From the NCBI GenBank assembly GCA_001770575.1, contig MERK01000166.1, forward strand, positions 1 through 47,083: DNA of 47,083 bases, given 5' to 3'. Both the position numbers and the translations under genes were made by a program. The DNA comes from Betaproteobacteria bacterium RIFCSPLOWO2_12_FULL_64_23 (lineage in GTDB: Bacteria; Pseudomonadota; Gammaproteobacteria; Burkholderiales; SG8-39). Shown here one piece after another: positions 9,352 through 20,646 of the stretch. The stretch's first letter is position 1; every line of letters starts with the position of its first letter. The notes below the pieces were generated by a model. That model ran no database searches and had not been told where the DNA came from. It saw only the letters and a program-made list of their open reading frames with translations.

Positions 9352-9400
9352 ATGGAAAGATTTGCCGTACTGAACGGGATCGTAGCGCCGCTCGACCGTG
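9352..9400 (+). repeat. 49-bp direct duplicate of the leuD 5' end
   Basis: 9352-9400 matches 9462-9510 at 48/49 positions, including the ATG. The upstream copy opens a 31-codon ORF (9352-9447, [31 protein letters not shown]). Confidence 0.85.
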
Positions 9401-9461
9401 ACCGAAGGACCGCCCGCGCTGCTGCGCGCGCTCGCGCGGGCTGCTGAAGAGAATATGCCTC

Positions 9462-10103
9462 ATGGAAAGATTTACCGTACTGAACGGGATCGTAGCGCCG
9501 CTCGACCGTGCTAATGTCGACACCGACGCCATCATCCCCAAGCAGTTCCTGAAGTCGATCAAGCGCTCGGGCTTCGGCCCCAACCTGTTCGACGCCTGGC
9601 GTTACCAGGATGTGGGCGAGCCGGGCATGGACAACGCGAAGCGGGCGCTCAATCCGGATTTCGTGCTCAACCAGGCGCGCTACAAGGGCGCGAGCATACT
9701 GCTCGCGCGCAAGAATTTCGGCTGCGGCTCGAGCCGCGAGCACGCGCCCTGGGCTCTGGCCGATTACGGCTTTCGCGCCATCATCGCGCCTTCGTTCGCC
9801 GATATCTTTTACAACAACTGCTTCAAGAACGGCTTGTTGCCGATCGTGCTCTCCGAACTGCGCGTCGATCGTCTGTTTCACGAGGTGAATGCCTTCCCCG
9901 GCTACAAGCTGAGCATCGACCTGGAACGGCAGCTGGTCATCGCGCCCGATGGCGCCACGCAGACTAAGTTCGACGTCGATGCACACCGGAAGTACTGCCT
10001 GTTGAACGGTTTCGACGACATCGGCCTGTCGCTGCGCCAGGCCGACAAAATCCGCGCGTTCGAGGCGCGCCGCCGCATCGAGCAGCCGTGGCTGTTCGGC
10101 TGA
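9462..10103 (+). CDS. leuD: 3-isopropylmalate dehydratase small subunit
   Basis: [31 protein letters not shown] and [13 protein letters not shown] are LeuD signatures. Confidence 0.95.
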   Translation: MERFTVLNGIVAPLDRANVDTDAIIPKQFLKSIKRSGFGPNLFDAWRYQDVGEPGMDNAKRALNPDFVLNQARYKGASILLARKNFGCGSSREHAPWALADYGFRAIIAPSFADIFYNNCFKNGLLPIVLSELRVDRLFHEVNAFPGYKLSIDLERQLVIAPDGATQTKFDVDAHRKYCLLNGFDDIGLSLRQADKIRAFEARRRIEQPWLFG

Positions 10104-10121
10104 CCGCCTTCGAGTGAAACG

Positions 10122-11186
10122 ATGAAAATCGCAGTGCTCCCCGGTGACGGCATCGGCCCGGAAATCGTCGCGCAGGCGGTGAAGGTGCTGCGTGCGCTCG
10201 CCAAGGACGGTCTGAAGCTGGAGATGGAGCAAGCGTTGGTGGGCGGTGCCGCATACGACGCGGCCGGCGATCCTCTGCCTGCGGCCACGCTGAAGCTGGC
10301 GCGCGAAGCCGACGCCATTCTGTTCGGCGCCGTCGGCGGCTGGCAGTATGACACGCTGCCGCGGGCCAAACGTCCGGAGCAGGCCCTTCTGGGCTTGCGC
10401 AAGGATTTGGGCCTGTTCGCCAATCTGCGCCCGGCCAAGGTGTTTCCCGAACTGGTACAGGCATCGACCCTGCGTCCGGAGGTGATAGCGGGCATGGATA
10501 TCCTGATCCTGCGCGAACTCACGGGCGACGTTTATTTCGGTCAGCCGCGCGGCATGCGCACGCTCGCCAACGGCGAGCGCGAGGGTTTCGACACCATGCG
10601 CTATAGCGAATCCGAGGTGCGGCGCATCGCCCATGCCGGCTTTCGCGCGGCATTGAAGCGCGCGAAAAAGCTGTGCTCGGTGGACAAGTGCAATGTTCTC
10701 GAGACCTCGCAGCTGTGGCGCGAGGTGGTGACCGAAGTGGCGCAGGAATATCCGGGCGTGGCGCTGTCGCACATGTACGTCGACAACGCGGCGATGCAGC
10801 TTCTGCGCGATCCCAGGCAGTTCGACGTCATGGTCACCGGCAACCTGTTCGGCGACATTCTGTCCGACGAGGCTTCCATGCTCACCGGCTCGATCGGCAT
10901 GCTGCCTTCGGCCTCGCTCGATGCGAACAACAAGGGCCTGTACGAGCCCATCCATGGCTCGGCGCCCGACATCGCCGGCAGGAATCTGGCGAATCCTCTG
11001 GCGACCATACTATCGGCGGCAATGATGCTGCGTTACAGTTTCGACCAGGACCGGGCGGCGGAGCGCATCGAAGCCGCCGTGAGCAAGGTGTTGGCGCGCG
11101 GGTTGCGCACGGCGGATATCCATCAACCCGGGACGGAAAAAGTCGGTACCGTGCAAATGGGCGATGCGGTGGTGGCGGCGTTATAA
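10122..11186 (+). CDS. leuB: 3-isopropylmalate dehydrogenase
   Basis: [42 protein letters not shown] and HGSAPDIAG are present. Confidence 0.95.
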   Translation: MKIAVLPGDGIGPEIVAQAVKVLRALAKDGLKLEMEQALVGGAAYDAAGDPLPAATLKLAREADAILFGAVGGWQYDTLPRAKRPEQALLGLRKDLGLFANLRPAKVFPELVQASTLRPEVIAGMDILILRELTGDVYFGQPRGMRTLANGEREGFDTMRYSESEVRRIAHAGFRAALKRAKKLCSVDKCNVLETSQLWREVVTEVAQEYPGVALSHMYVDNAAMQLLRDPRQFDVMVTGNLFGDILSDEASMLTGSIGMLPSASLDANNKGLYEPIHGSAPDIAGRNLANPLATILSAAMMLRYSFDQDRAAERIEAAVSKVLARGLRTADIHQPGTEKVGTVQMGDAVVAAL

Positions 11187-11214
11187 TTTCACTGTTTATG
11201 TCAGGAAGAAGGTC

Positions 11215-12381
11215 ATGAAGAATATAGGTTTTGTCGGCTGGCGCGGCATGGTGGGCTCGGTCCTGGTGGCGCGCATGCAGGCCGAAGGCGATTTCGCGCA
11301 CATCGATCCGGTGTTTTTCACTACGTCCAATGTCGGCGGCAAGGGACCCGGCGCGAGCAAACAGCCGCTGAAGGATGCGAAATCCATCGCCGAACTGAAG
11401 CGGATGGATGCGATCGTCACCTGCCAGGGCGGCGACTACACCAATGAGATTCACCCGAAGCTGCGCGCCGCCGGCTGGGACGGCTACTGGATCGACGCGG
11501 CCTCTGCGCTGCGCATGAAAAACGACGCAGTCATCATTCTCGATCCGGTGAACCTGCAGGTGATCAAGCAGGCGCTGGTGCGCGGGGTGAAGAACTACAT
11601 CGGCGGCAATTGCACCGTCAGCCTGATGCTGATGGCGCTGCACGGCCTGTTCAAGGAGGGGTTGGTCGAGTGGATGACCGCGATGACCTATCAGGCCGCC
11701 TCGGGTGCGGGCGCGCAGAACATGCGCGAGCTGCTGATGCAGATGGGCGCGGCGCACGCGTCGGCCGGCGGGCTGCTTGCGGATCCGGCATCCGCGATTC
11801 TGGAAATCGATCGCCGCGTGGCCGATATGCTGCGCAGCGATGCGTTGCCGAAAGAGCATTTCGGCGTCGCGCTCGCCGGCAGCCTGATTCCATGGATCGA
11901 CAAGGAAATGGGCGACGGTCAGAGCCGCGAGGAGTGGAAGGGCCAGGCTGAAGGCAACAAGATTCTTGGCCGCGAGAGCCGGCCAATACCGATCGACGGC
12001 CTTTGCGTGCGCATCGGTGCCATGCGCTGCCACAGCCAGGGGCTCACGATCAAGCTGACGCGCGACCTGCCGCTCGCAGAGATCGAGGCCATTCTTGCCT
12101 CCGCCAACGATTGGGTGAAAGTAATCCCGAACACGCGCGCGGCGAGCATGCGCGAGCTTACGCCGGCGGCAGTGACCGGCAGCCTGAGCGTGCCGGTAGG
12201 CCGGCTGCGCAAGCTCAACATGGGCGGGCAGTACCTGTCGGCGTTTACCGTCGGCGATCAGTTGCTATGGGGGGCAGCCGAGCCGTTGCGCCGCATGTTG
12301 CGCATCCTGCTCGCCGAGGAAGCGGCTGCGGCAGCGCCGAAAATGCCTATGGCAAAGGCCAGGACCGGGGCAGGGGCCTAG
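11215..12381 (+). CDS. asd: Aspartate-semialdehyde dehydrogenase
   Basis: [17 protein letters not shown] and [13 protein letters not shown] (active-site Cys) are present. The start is the ATG at 11215. The protein has an Ala-rich C-terminal tail after ...LRRMLRIL. Confidence 0.95.
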   Translation: MKNIGFVGWRGMVGSVLVARMQAEGDFAHIDPVFFTTSNVGGKGPGASKQPLKDAKSIAELKRMDAIVTCQGGDYTNEIHPKLRAAGWDGYWIDAASALRMKNDAVIILDPVNLQVIKQALVRGVKNYIGGNCTVSLMLMALHGLFKEGLVEWMTAMTYQAASGAGAQNMRELLMQMGAAHASAGGLLADPASAILEIDRRVADMLRSDALPKEHFGVALAGSLIPWIDKEMGDGQSREEWKGQAEGNKILGRESRPIPIDGLCVRIGAMRCHSQGLTIKLTRDLPLAEIEAILASANDWVKVIPNTRAASMRELTPAAVTGSLSVPVGRLRKLNMGGQYLSAFTVGDQLLWGAAEPLRRMLRILLAEEAAAAAPKMPMAKARTGAGA

Positions 12382-12508
12382 CTGAGTGCGGGTTTTTGGT
12401 TGAAAAATATCCGGCTTGAGGCGCTTTCATGACAAGAAAGATTAGCTTGCAAGGCTAAGGCTATGATGTTAATTTAGTTAGTCCACAAAACGTCTTCAGG
12501 GGTGGAAG

Positions 12509-15118
12509 GTGGGTAAATCCGTCATTAGAACAAGCGCGGTGGTCTTGGCGTTGCTGCTGTTGCCGTCGCTTTCGCTCGCGGCAGGGCTCGGAAAGCTGAC
12601 TGTGCTTTCCGGCTTGGGACAACCCTTGAAGGCCGAGATCGAACTGCTCGCTTTGCAAAAGGGCGAAGCAGACAATCTTGGCGTACGCCTGCCATCTGCC
12701 GACGCGTTTCGGCAAGCCAACATCGAGTACAGCGGTGCGCTGCTGTCGGTCAAGTTCAAGATTGAACAGCGCGGCGAGAATCGATATGTCGTAGTCCTCA
12801 GTTCGACGCAGCCAATGAACGAACCGTTCCTTGATCTGCTGGTGGAACTCGACTGGACCACCGGTCGCTTGGTGCGTGAGTACACTTTCCTGCTCGATCC
12901 TCCCGAATACAAGGGGCCGCAGCCCGCGCCCGCGATGGCTGCGCCGGCGACGGAAGCACCCGCGATCAAGTCGGTGGAGATGCCAAAACAACCCGTGTCA
13001 GCCGCTCCCGCACCCATCGTGGAACGGCCCCTGGCTGCTCCCGCACCCGGGCCGGCAGTGGCGCGAGCGGCGGCACCCAGGGCCGCTAAGAGCTATGAGG
13101 TAAAACGGGGCGATACGCTGACCAAGATTGCCAACGCCAACAGATCGGAGAGCGTCAGCTTGCAGCAAATGCTGATAGCGTTGTATCGCAGCAATGCGGA
13201 CGAATTCGATGACGGCAACATCAACCGCCTGCGTGCCGGAAAAATTCTTAATATTCCCGACACGGATACGGCGGCGTCGGTCGATCAGGATGAGGCTGCG
13301 CGCACGGTGTTGGCGCAGGCTGCCGATTTCAACGAATACCGGCGCAAACTGGCTGCTGCCGTGGCCGTCGCACCGGAGCGGGCGGACAAGCGCCGCCAAA
13401 GCGCGAGCGGCAAGATCACAGCTGCGGTCGAAGACAAGCCGCCTCCGGTCAAGGATGCCAAGGACCAGCTAAGGCTTTCCAAGGCGGAGGAGCTGGGCAA
13501 GCCTGGCGCCAGGCGCAGCCCGCAGGGGCTGCAGGAAGACTTGTTCGCGAAAGAGAAAGCGCTCAAGGAAGCGAGTGAGCGCATCGCGCTGCTCGAGAAG
13601 AACGTGCGGGACATGCAGACGTTGCTAGAACTCAAGAGCCAGCCCGGGGCGCAGTTGCAGCAGCAAGCCGCCAAAGCCGCCGAGCCGGTCAAGGCGCCGG
13701 AGCCGGCCAAGGTGGCTGAACCGGCGAAACCCGTGGACGCTGCCGCGGCAGCGCCCCAAGCCGCAGCGCCCCAAGCTGCTGCGCCCAAACCCGCGCCCAA
13801 GGTTGTAGCGCCTCCTCCGCCTGCGCCCGAGGCGAGCTTGATCGACGAAATTCTCGATAATGAGCTGGCCCTCTACGGCGGCGGCGGATTCCTGCTGCTC
13901 CTGTTCGTCGCTTATGGCTACTATGCCTGGCGGCGCAAGAAGAGCCTGCAGAAATTGGAAAGCAGCGTAATGGGTGCGCCCGGCTTGGCGGCCGACTCGG
14001 TGTTTGGCGCCGCCGGCGGTGCCAAGATCGATACCGGTTTGCGCGAGATGCAGGCCGATTTCGGCCCGAGCGGCATTGCGCCAGCGGTCGACACTGGGGA
14101 AGTCGATCCCATCGCCGAGGCCGACGTCTATATGGCCTATGGCCGGGACACGCAGGCCGAAGACATACTCAAGGAGGCGCTGACCAAGGATCCGTCGCGT
14201 CAGGCGATACGCGCAAAATTGCTGGAAATTTACGCCAACCGCAAGGATGCCAAGGCATTCGAGGCGGTGGCGGCTGAGATCCACGCCGCCACCAACGGCG
14301 AGGGGGCCGAGTGGGGGAAAGCCGTCGCGCTGGGGGTGCAGCTTGATCCGGGAAATCCGCTCTACGGCGGCAAGGCTGCCGAGGGCGTAGGTCAGGCTTT
14401 CGCCGACACGCAGGTTGTTTCCGGGGCGGAGCCCGCGCCGGATATCGTACTGGACATGGGCGAAGCGCCAGAAACGGCGCCAGGATTGGATTTTGATCTC
14501 GGCCTGAGCGAGCCTGCGCAAGGCGGCGCGCCCCTGCCCGAGCCTGCGCCGGAAGGCGCCGCCGGGCCGGTGGTCGATGTCACTGGCGATCTCGGTTTCG
14601 ATCTGGACCTGGGCGACGCGGAGAAGAAAACCGGGGCTGCTCCAGCGGAACCGCAGCCCGAGACCGCCGCCGCACCGAGTCCGGAAGGCCCTGCAGCCGA
14701 AGCTCCCGCCGATGCGGTTTCGTCCATCGATTTCGATTTTGAACTGCCCGGCTCCGGTGCTGCCGCAGCGCCGCCTGCCGAGTCAGCGACCGCCGCTCCG
14801 GGGGCGCCGGCTGCCGCGGCGGAGGGAGGCGGTGGCATCGACTTCGATTTCAATCTGGATCTGCCGGCGGAGAAGGAGGAAACGCCGTCAGCACCGCTGG
14901 ATCTGTCTGCGATCAGCCTGGATCTCGGCGCGCCGGGCGAGGCAGCTGCAGCGCCCGACGCACACTGGCAGGAGGTAGCGACCAAGCTCGATCTGGCCAA
15001 AGCCTACCAGGAGATGGGCGACAAGGACGGGGCGCGCGAATTGCTCAACGAGGTACTCAAGGAAGGCGACGCGGCCCAGCAGCAACAAGCGCAGGCCATG
15101 CTCGCGGCCCTGGGCTGA
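12509..15118 (+). CDS. fimV: FimV/HubP-family polar landmark protein (LysM domain, acidic repeat region, C-terminal TPR-like FimV motif)
   Basis: A signal peptide is followed by the FimV N-terminal domain ([20 protein letters not shown]...[12 protein letters not shown]) and a LysM domain ([13 protein letters not shown]...GKILNIP). There is one TM segment ([17 protein letters not shown]). Repeated IDFDF/FDLDL acidic motifs follow, then the C-terminal [24 protein letters not shown] motif. The asd-fimV-truA position is conserved. Confidence 0.85.
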   Translation: MGKSVIRTSAVVLALLLLPSLSLAAGLGKLTVLSGLGQPLKAEIELLALQKGEADNLGVRLPSADAFRQANIEYSGALLSVKFKIEQRGENRYVVVLSSTQPMNEPFLDLLVELDWTTGRLVREYTFLLDPPEYKGPQPAPAMAAPATEAPAIKSVEMPKQPVSAAPAPIVERPLAAPAPGPAVARAAAPRAAKSYEVKRGDTLTKIANANRSESVSLQQMLIALYRSNADEFDDGNINRLRAGKILNIPDTDTAASVDQDEAARTVLAQAADFNEYRRKLAAAVAVAPERADKRRQSASGKITAAVEDKPPPVKDAKDQLRLSKAEELGKPGARRSPQGLQEDLFAKEKALKEASERIALLEKNVRDMQTLLELKSQPGAQLQQQAAKAAEPVKAPEPAKVAEPAKPVDAAAAAPQAAAPQAAAPKPAPKVVAPPPPAPEASLIDEILDNELALYGGGGFLLLLFVAYGYYAWRRKKSLQKLESSVMGAPGLAADSVFGAAGGAKIDTGLREMQADFGPSGIAPAVDTGEVDPIAEADVYMAYGRDTQAEDILKEALTKDPSRQAIRAKLLEIYANRKDAKAFEAVAAEIHAATNGEGAEWGKAVALGVQLDPGNPLYGGKAAEGVGQAFADTQVVSGAEPAPDIVLDMGEAPETAPGLDFDLGLSEPAQGGAPLPEPAPEGAAGPVVDVTGDLGFDLDLGDAEKKTGAAPAEPQPETAAAPSPEGPAAEAPADAVSSIDFDFELPGSGAAAAPPAESATAAPGAPAAAAEGGGGIDFDFNLDLPAEKEETPSAPLDLSAISLDLGAPGEAAAAPDAHWQEVATKLDLAKAYQEMGDKDGARELLNEVLKEGDAAQQQQAQAMLAALG
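13748..13792 (+). repeat. 15-bp tandem repeat inside fimV (about 3 units, encoding AAPQ-AAPQ-AAPKP)
   Basis: GCAGCGCCCCAAGCC (13748-13762) and GCAGCGCCCCAAGCT (13763-13777) are followed by a degenerate third unit. Confidence 0.7.
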
Positions 15119-15137
15119 CACTGCCGAAAATTGAAAC

Positions 15138-15170
15138 GGCCCCGGGCTTGCCCCGGGGTTTTGTTTTTTG
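15138..15170 (+). terminator. Rho-independent terminator after fimV
   Basis: The stem CCCCGGG (15140-15146) pairs with CCCGGGG (15152-15158) around a 5-nt loop and is followed by TTTTGTTTTTTG. Confidence 0.75.
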
Positions 15171-15175
15171 GATCC

Positions 15176-15973
15176 ATGAAAATCGCAATTGGCATAGAGT
15201 ACGACGGCAGCCATTTCCACGGCTGGCAGTCGCAGCCTTCCGGCGCTACCGTCCAGGATCACCTGGAGCGTGCGCTTGCGTGCATCGCCGGGGAGAAGGT
15301 GCGCCTTGCTGCAGCCGGCCGTACCGATGCCGGCGTGCATGCCCTGGCACAGGTGGCGCATTTCGAGACCGCCGCGGTGCGCCCGGAATCAGCGTGGGTG
15401 CGCGGCGTCAACACGCTGCTGCCGCAGGCGGTGGCGGTGCAATGGACCGCGCCCGTGGCCGACGATTTTCATGCGCGTTACTCGGCCGTATCGCGTACGT
15501 ACCGCTATGTGCTCTACAACCATCCGGTGCGGCCGGCGCTGCACTACGGCCGGGTGGGTTGGTTCCATCTGCCGTTGGATGTGGATGCGATGCGCGCGGC
15601 GCTGACCCCGCTGGCGGGCGAACACGATTTCAGCGCGTTTCGCTCGAGCGAGTGCCAGGCGAAAAGTCCGGTGCGCACGTTGCGCAGCTGGGCCATAGAG
15701 CGACGCGGCGCTCATCTGCGGTTCGAGTTCACCGCCAACGGCTTCCTGCATCACATGGTGCGCAATATCGTCGGCTGTCTGGTCTACGTGGGCAAGGGGA
15801 AGCATCCCCCGGGCTGGCTGGCCGAGGTGCTGGCGCGCCGCGATCGCGGTCAGGCGGCACCGACGTTTTCCCCGGACGGGCTGTATCTTGCGGCGGTGGA
15901 ATATGCGCCCGGGTGGAAACTGCCCGCATTCGGGTCCAATCGAATTGTTTTTCCGGAGCAGGTGTCGGTGTGA
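15176..15973 (+). CDS. truA: tRNA pseudouridine(38-40) synthase
   Basis: [20 protein letters not shown] and [11 protein letters not shown] (catalytic Asp) are present. The start is the ATG at 15176. Confidence 0.9.
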   Translation: MKIAIGIEYDGSHFHGWQSQPSGATVQDHLERALACIAGEKVRLAAAGRTDAGVHALAQVAHFETAAVRPESAWVRGVNTLLPQAVAVQWTAPVADDFHARYSAVSRTYRYVLYNHPVRPALHYGRVGWFHLPLDVDAMRAALTPLAGEHDFSAFRSSECQAKSPVRTLRSWAIERRGAHLRFEFTANGFLHHMVRNIVGCLVYVGKGKHPPGWLAEVLARRDRGQAAPTFSPDGLYLAAVEYAPGWKLPAFGSNRIVFPEQVSV

Positions 15974-16593
15974 GGACGCGAATCAAGATCTGCGGCATCA
16001 CGCGGGTAGAGGATGCGCGCGCCGCGGTGGAACTGGGTGCCGACGCCATCGGCCTGGTGTTCTATGCGCCCAGCCAGCGCAACGTCGGCCCGCAGCAGGC
16101 GCGCGCAATTGTCGCGGCGATTCCCCCCTTTGTGACCGTAGTCGGTCTGTTCGTCGATCCGGCGCAGGATCAGGTCGAATCAGTGCTGCGTGGGTGTCGC
16201 CTCAACCTGCTGCAATTTCACGGTGATGAAGCGCCCGGTTTTTGCGGCGGTTTTGGCCTGCCCTACATCAAGGCCGCACGGGTCCGGGCGGATGCCGATT
16301 TGGTACAATATTTGTCGCCCTATCACGCGGCGCAAGGTTGGCTGTTGGACGCCTACCACGAACGGCTTTACGGCGGCGGCGGCGAGTCGTTCGACTGGAA
16401 ACTGATACCGCACGATTTGGCCAGGCCGGTGATACTCTCGGGCGGGCTTACGCCGGACAACGTGGGTGCGGCCGTGCGCCAGGTCAGGCCTTGGGCGGTG
16501 GACGTGTCCAGCGGCGTAGAAGCGGCCAAAGGCGTCAAGGACGCCGCGAAAATCGCGGCGTTCATAGCGGGAGTCAACAATGAAACTGCATGA
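15970..16593 (+). CDS. trpF: Phosphoribosylanthranilate isomerase
   Basis: The GTG at 15970 overlaps the truA stop (GTGA). [21 protein letters not shown] and [11 protein letters not shown] are TrpF motifs. The long ORF from 15148 is an out-of-frame run through truA. Confidence 0.9.
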   Translation: MRTRIKICGITRVEDARAAVELGADAIGLVFYAPSQRNVGPQQARAIVAAIPPFVTVVGLFVDPAQDQVESVLRGCRLNLLQFHGDEAPGFCGGFGLPYIKAARVRADADLVQYLSPYHAAQGWLLDAYHERLYGGGGESFDWKLIPHDLARPVILSGGLTPDNVGAAVRQVRPWAVDVSSGVEAAKGVKDAAKIAAFIAGVNNETA

Positions 16594-17779
16594 TCTGCCA
16601 GACAGCCACGGCCATTTCGGGCCTTATGGTGGCATCTTCGTCGCCGAGACCCTGATCCAGGCTCTGGACGAACTCAGGCTTGCCTACGAAAAATACCGCA
16701 GCGATCCGCAATTCATCGCGGAGTTCCGCTATGACCTCAAGCACTACGTCGGCCGCCCGAGCCCGGTCTATCACTGCAAGCGCTGGTCGGATCTGCTCGG
16801 CGGGGCACAAATCTATCTCAAGCGCGAAGACCTCAACCATACCGGCGCCCACAAGATCAACAATACGCTCGGGCAAGCCATGCTGGCGCGGCGCATGGGC
16901 AAGCCGCGCATCATCGCCGAGACCGGCGCCGGCATGCACGGCGTGGCCGCGGCCACCGTGGCGGCCCGCTACGGCCTTGAATGCGTGGTATACATGGGCG
17001 CGGAAGACATCAGGCGCCAGGCGGCCAACGTCCACCGCATGAAAATCCTCGGTGCCCGCGTGGTGCCGGTGGATTCGGGTTCGAAGACCCTGAAGGACGC
17101 GTTGAACGAAGCGATGCGCGACTGGGTCACCAATATCCACAACACTTATTACATCATCGGCACGGTCGCCGGGCCGCACCCGTACCCGATGATGGTGCGC
17201 GATTTCCAGTCGGTGATCGGCGAGGAATGCCTGCAGCAGATGCCCGAACTCACCGGGCGCCAGCCCGATGCGGTCATCGCCTGCGTCGGTGGCGGCTCCA
17301 ATGCGATGGGCATCTTCTATCCCTATATCCCGGTCGACGGCGTGCGTCTGATCGGTGTGGAGGCGGCGGGCCTCGGCCTTGCCAGCGGCAAACACGCTGC
17401 CTCTTTGACCGCCGGCCGTCCCGGGGTGTTGCATGGCAACCGGACTTATCTGTTGCAGGACGCGCACGGCCAGATCATCGAGACGCATTCGATTTCCGCC
17501 GGCCTCGATTATCCGGGCGTGGGGCCGGAGCATGCCTGGCTGAAGGACACCGGCCGCGCCGAGTACGCCACCATCACCGACGACGAAGCGCTGAAGGCGT
17601 TTCACGACCTGTGCCATTACGAGGGCATCATCCCGGCGCTGGAATCCAGCCACGCGCTGGCACATGCGGCGAAAATCGCGCCGGGCATGCCGAAAGACAA
17701 AATCCTGCTGGTGAATTTGTCCGGCCGCGGCGACAAGGACATGCACACGGTTGCCGAGAAATCCGGTATCCGGTTCTGA
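16580..17779 (+). CDS. trpB: Tryptophan synthase beta chain
   Basis: [31 protein letters not shown] (PLP lysine) and GGGSNAMG are present. The gene overlaps the trpF end by 14 nt. Confidence 0.95.
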   Translation: MKLHDLPDSHGHFGPYGGIFVAETLIQALDELRLAYEKYRSDPQFIAEFRYDLKHYVGRPSPVYHCKRWSDLLGGAQIYLKREDLNHTGAHKINNTLGQAMLARRMGKPRIIAETGAGMHGVAAATVAARYGLECVVYMGAEDIRRQAANVHRMKILGARVVPVDSGSKTLKDALNEAMRDWVTNIHNTYYIIGTVAGPHPYPMMVRDFQSVIGEECLQQMPELTGRQPDAVIACVGGGSNAMGIFYPYIPVDGVRLIGVEAAGLGLASGKHAASLTAGRPGVLHGNRTYLLQDAHGQIIETHSISAGLDYPGVGPEHAWLKDTGRAEYATITDDEALKAFHDLCHYEGIIPALESSHALAHAAKIAPGMPKDKILLVNLSGRGDKDMHTVAEKSGIRF

Positions 17780-17790
17780 CCCGGTTCCAG

Positions 17791-18636
17791 ATGACTGCGC
17801 TGCTCTACAACGAGGATGCCCTGACGGGGATTGAACGCGTGGCCGATGCGTCCGTGGATCTGGTGATCGCCGATCCGCCCTATGGCCTGGGCAAGGACTA
17901 CGGCAACGATTCCGACCGCCTCGGCGCACATGAATACCTCGCCTGGAGCCGGCGCTGGATAGACGCGGTGGTGCCGAAACTGAAAGCGAACGGCAGCCTG
18001 TACGTATTTCTCACCTGGCAGCACAGCCCGGAGGTGTTCAGCCATCTGAAGACACGCCTTGCCATGGTGAACGAGATCATCTGGGACCGCAAAGTGCCGA
18101 GCATGGGAGGCAGCACGCGCAAATTCTCCTCGGTGCATGACAACATCGGTTTTTTCGTCAAATCGCGCGACTATTACTTCGACGTCGATGCGGTGCGGAT
18201 CCCTTATGACGCCGAGACCAAGAAGGCGCGAACGCGCTCCATTTTCGTGGGCAAGAAATGGCTGGAAGTCGGCTACAACCCCAAGGACGTGTGGAGCGTG
18301 TCGCGCCTGCACCGCCAACACGGCGAACGCGAGAACCATCCGACGCAAAAGCCGTTGGAAATCGTCGAGCGCATGGTGCTGGCAAGCTGTCCTCCCGGGG
18401 GAGCCGTGCTCGATCCCTTCATGGGCAGCGGGACGTCGGCGGTCGCTGCGGCCAGGCACGGCCGGCGTTTCGTCGGTTTCGAGCTCAATCCGGAGTATTT
18501 CAGGATCGTCGAGAAGCGTGTGGCCGAGGCGCGGAACGGCAACAATGGCGGGAACCGCAAACGACACAGACGAGACGAGGAACACGAAGGAAACCCTTCG
18601 GTACCAGATCTATTTGATCAGGCGGGTCCAGTCTAG
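17791..18636 (+). CDS. Site-specific DNA methyltransferase, beta-class N6A/N4C family (PF01555-like), with no adjacent endonuclease
   Basis: Motif IV DLVIADPPYGLG lies near the N-terminus. HPTQKPLEIVERMV and motif I DPFMGSGTSAVAA lie near the C-terminus, which is the beta-class order. The start is 12 nt after the trpB stop. Confidence 0.85.
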   Translation: MTALLYNEDALTGIERVADASVDLVIADPPYGLGKDYGNDSDRLGAHEYLAWSRRWIDAVVPKLKANGSLYVFLTWQHSPEVFSHLKTRLAMVNEIIWDRKVPSMGGSTRKFSSVHDNIGFFVKSRDYYFDVDAVRIPYDAETKKARTRSIFVGKKWLEVGYNPKDVWSVSRLHRQHGERENHPTQKPLEIVERMVLASCPPGGAVLDPFMGSGTSAVAAARHGRRFVGFELNPEYFRIVEKRVAEARNGNNGGNRKRHRRDEEHEGNPSVPDLFDQAGPV

Positions 18637-18727
18637 AATGCGCGCGTTAAATTGAATCTTGGCGCACAATCACCATCCTCCTTTGCGTCCTTTGCGGTAA
18701 GTCTTTTTTGCGTACGGTGAAATCTTC

Positions 18728-19528
18728 ATGTCCCGCATCCAGGCCACATTCGAGCAACTTGCAAAAAACCGCAGGAAGGCACTCATTCCTTTCGTCACCG
18801 CGGGCGATCCCGAACCCGCCATGACGGTGCCGCTGATGCATGCGCTGGTCGAGGCGGGCGCGGATGTGATCGAGTTGGGCGTGCCGTTTTCCGACCCGAT
18901 GGCCGACGGCCCGGTAATCCAGCGCGCGAGCGATCGTGCTCTGAAGCACGGCGTGGGCCTGGACCGCGTGCTCGCATTGGTGCGCGAGTTCCGCGCTGAC
19001 AATCAGACCACGCCGGTGGTGCTGATGGGGTATGCCAATCCGATCGAGGCGATGGGTACCGAGCGCTTCGTCAACGAAGCGCAGCAAGCCGGCGTGGACG
19101 GGGCGCTGGTGGTCGACTATCCTCCGGAGGAATGCGAGTCCTTCGCCGGCCTGGTGCGCAGCCACGGCATGGATCTGATTTTTCTGCTGGCGCCGACTTC
19201 CAGCGATGCGCGCATCGCGCAGGTGGCCAGGCTCGCCAGCGGCTACCTGTATTACGTTTCGCTCAAAGGCGTCACCGGGGCCGGGCACCTCGATTTGACC
19301 GAAGTGGCTGAGAAAATTCCGCGAATCCGGCGCCAGACCAAGCTGCCGGTGGGCGTGGGGTTCGGTATCCGCGACGCGGCCACGGCCAAGGCGGTGGCGC
19401 AGTTTGCCGACGCGGTGGTCATCGGCAGCGCCATTATCGAGCAGATGGAAGCGGCCCCTGCGGGGGAACAGCTGCTGTATGCGGGCAGGTTCGTGCAAGG
19501 CATTCGCGCCGCGCTGGACGCAAAATGA
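18728..19528 (+). CDS. trpA: Tryptophan synthase alpha chain
   Basis: [28 protein letters not shown] and GFGI are TrpA motifs. Confidence 0.95.
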   Translation: MSRIQATFEQLAKNRRKALIPFVTAGDPEPAMTVPLMHALVEAGADVIELGVPFSDPMADGPVIQRASDRALKHGVGLDRVLALVREFRADNQTTPVVLMGYANPIEAMGTERFVNEAQQAGVDGALVVDYPPEECESFAGLVRSHGMDLIFLLAPTSSDARIAQVARLASGYLYYVSLKGVTGAGHLDLTEVAEKIPRIRRQTKLPVGVGFGIRDAATAKAVAQFADAVVIGSAIIEQMEAAPAGEQLLYAGRFVQGIRAALDAK

Positions 19529-20394
19529 GTTGGTTGCAAAAACTGCTGCCGCCCAAGATCAAGCGCTCGATCGGCCCGGGCAAGCGTGCCGTGCCCGAGG
19601 GGCTGTGGATCAAATGCGAGTCCTGCGACGCGGTGTTGTACGCCACCGACCTGGAAAAGAACCTCAATGTCTGTCCCAAGTGCGGCCACCACAACCGGCT
19701 GTCGGCACGCGCGCGCATCGACATGCTGCTCGACCCCGAAGGCCGCTTCGAGATCGGCGCCGAGGTGTTGCCGGTGGACAGTCTCAAGTTCAAGGACAGC
19801 CGGCGCTATCCCGACCGCCTGGTGGACGCCCAGCGGCAGACCGGCGAAACCGACGCATTGGTAGTGATGCAAGGTGCGATCAAGAACATCCCGCTGGTTG
19901 TCGCAGTGTTCGAGTTCGAATTCATGGGCGGATCGATGGGCTCGGTGGTGGGCGAACGCTTCGTGCGCGGCGTGAAGGTGTGCGTGGAGCAGAATCTGCC
20001 CTTTGTTTGCTTCACCGCCACCGGCGGCGCACGCATGCAGGAGGGGCTGTTGTCGCTGATGCAAATGGCCAAGACCACGGCCGTATTGACCCAGCTCGCG
20101 CAGCGCAGGCTGCCTTTCATTTCGGTGCTTGCCGATCCCACCATGGGCGGGGTATCGGCGAGCTTCGCCATGCTCGGCGACGTGATCGTCGCCGAGCCCA
20201 AGGCGTTGATCGGTTTCGCCGGCCCGCGCGTAATCGAGCAAACCGTGCGCGAGAAACTGCCTGAAGGTTTCCAGCGCGCCGAGTTCCTGCTGGAAAAGGG
20301 CGCCATCGACATGATCGTCGACCGGCGCCAGATGCGCGACCGGCTGGCGCAGCTGATTACGCTGTTGCTGCGCATGGCACCCGAGAACACCTGA
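19525..20394 (+). CDS. accD: Acetyl-CoA carboxylase carboxyltransferase beta subunit
   Basis: The zinc ribbon CESCDAVLY...CPKCGHH and the motif [14 protein letters not shown] are present. The start overlaps the trpA stop as ATGA. Confidence 0.95.
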   Translation: MSWLQKLLPPKIKRSIGPGKRAVPEGLWIKCESCDAVLYATDLEKNLNVCPKCGHHNRLSARARIDMLLDPEGRFEIGAEVLPVDSLKFKDSRRYPDRLVDAQRQTGETDALVVMQGAIKNIPLVVAVFEFEFMGGSMGSVVGERFVRGVKVCVEQNLPFVCFTATGGARMQEGLLSLMQMAKTTAVLTQLAQRRLPFISVLADPTMGGVSASFAMLGDVIVAEPKALIGFAGPRVIEQTVREKLPEGFQRAEFLLEKGAIDMIVDRRQMRDRLAQLITLLLRMAPENT

Positions 20395-20445
20395 GCACGC
20401 TATATACGGCATCCTAAGTACTGTCGCATGCGAGTAGCAGGCATT

Positions 20446-20631
20446 GCGCGCTACGCGCGCCAACCGTGATTTTGGTACGGATGAAAGGCGCATCCGTACC
20501 AAAATCACGGTTATGGATAAAAGCAACAACGGCTTGGGGTTGTCTTTATACAAGATCGCCGATTGCGTACGGACGGCTTTTCGTCCGTGCGCAATCGACG
20601 ATCCGCGCGGACGGTTTCTCGTCCGCGCAAC
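20446..20631 (+). repeat. Triple-hairpin intergenic repeat, copy A
   Basis: Modules in order: GC palindrome GCGCGCTACGCGCGC; a perfect 22-bp stem hairpin at 20462-20512; a conserved linker ATGGATAAAAGCAA...TTTATACAAGATCG; a hairpin at 20560-20597; and a third hairpin, GCGCGGACG-GTTTCT-CGTCCGCGC. It is homologous to 27868-28050 (reverse) and 31944-32127. Confidence 0.8.
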
Positions 20632-20646
20632 ATCGCAATTCCAATT

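Noticed and set aside
9138-10955. 605-aa minus-strand ORF
   Set aside because: It is antisense to leuD and leuB. It is low-complexity and Arg/Ala-rich, while the sense-strand genes have unambiguous homology.
16574-17929. 451-aa minus-strand ORF, plus the fused plus-strand ORFs 15148-16593 and 16981-18636
   Set aside because: These are an antisense shadow of trpB and out-of-frame read-throughs of truA/trpB. Only the 3' portions (trpF from 15970, the methyltransferase from 17791) carry recognisable domains.
17791-18636. Complete restriction-modification system
   Set aside because: The flanking genes are trpB and trpA with minimal spacers. There is no endonuclease or specificity ORF on either strand.
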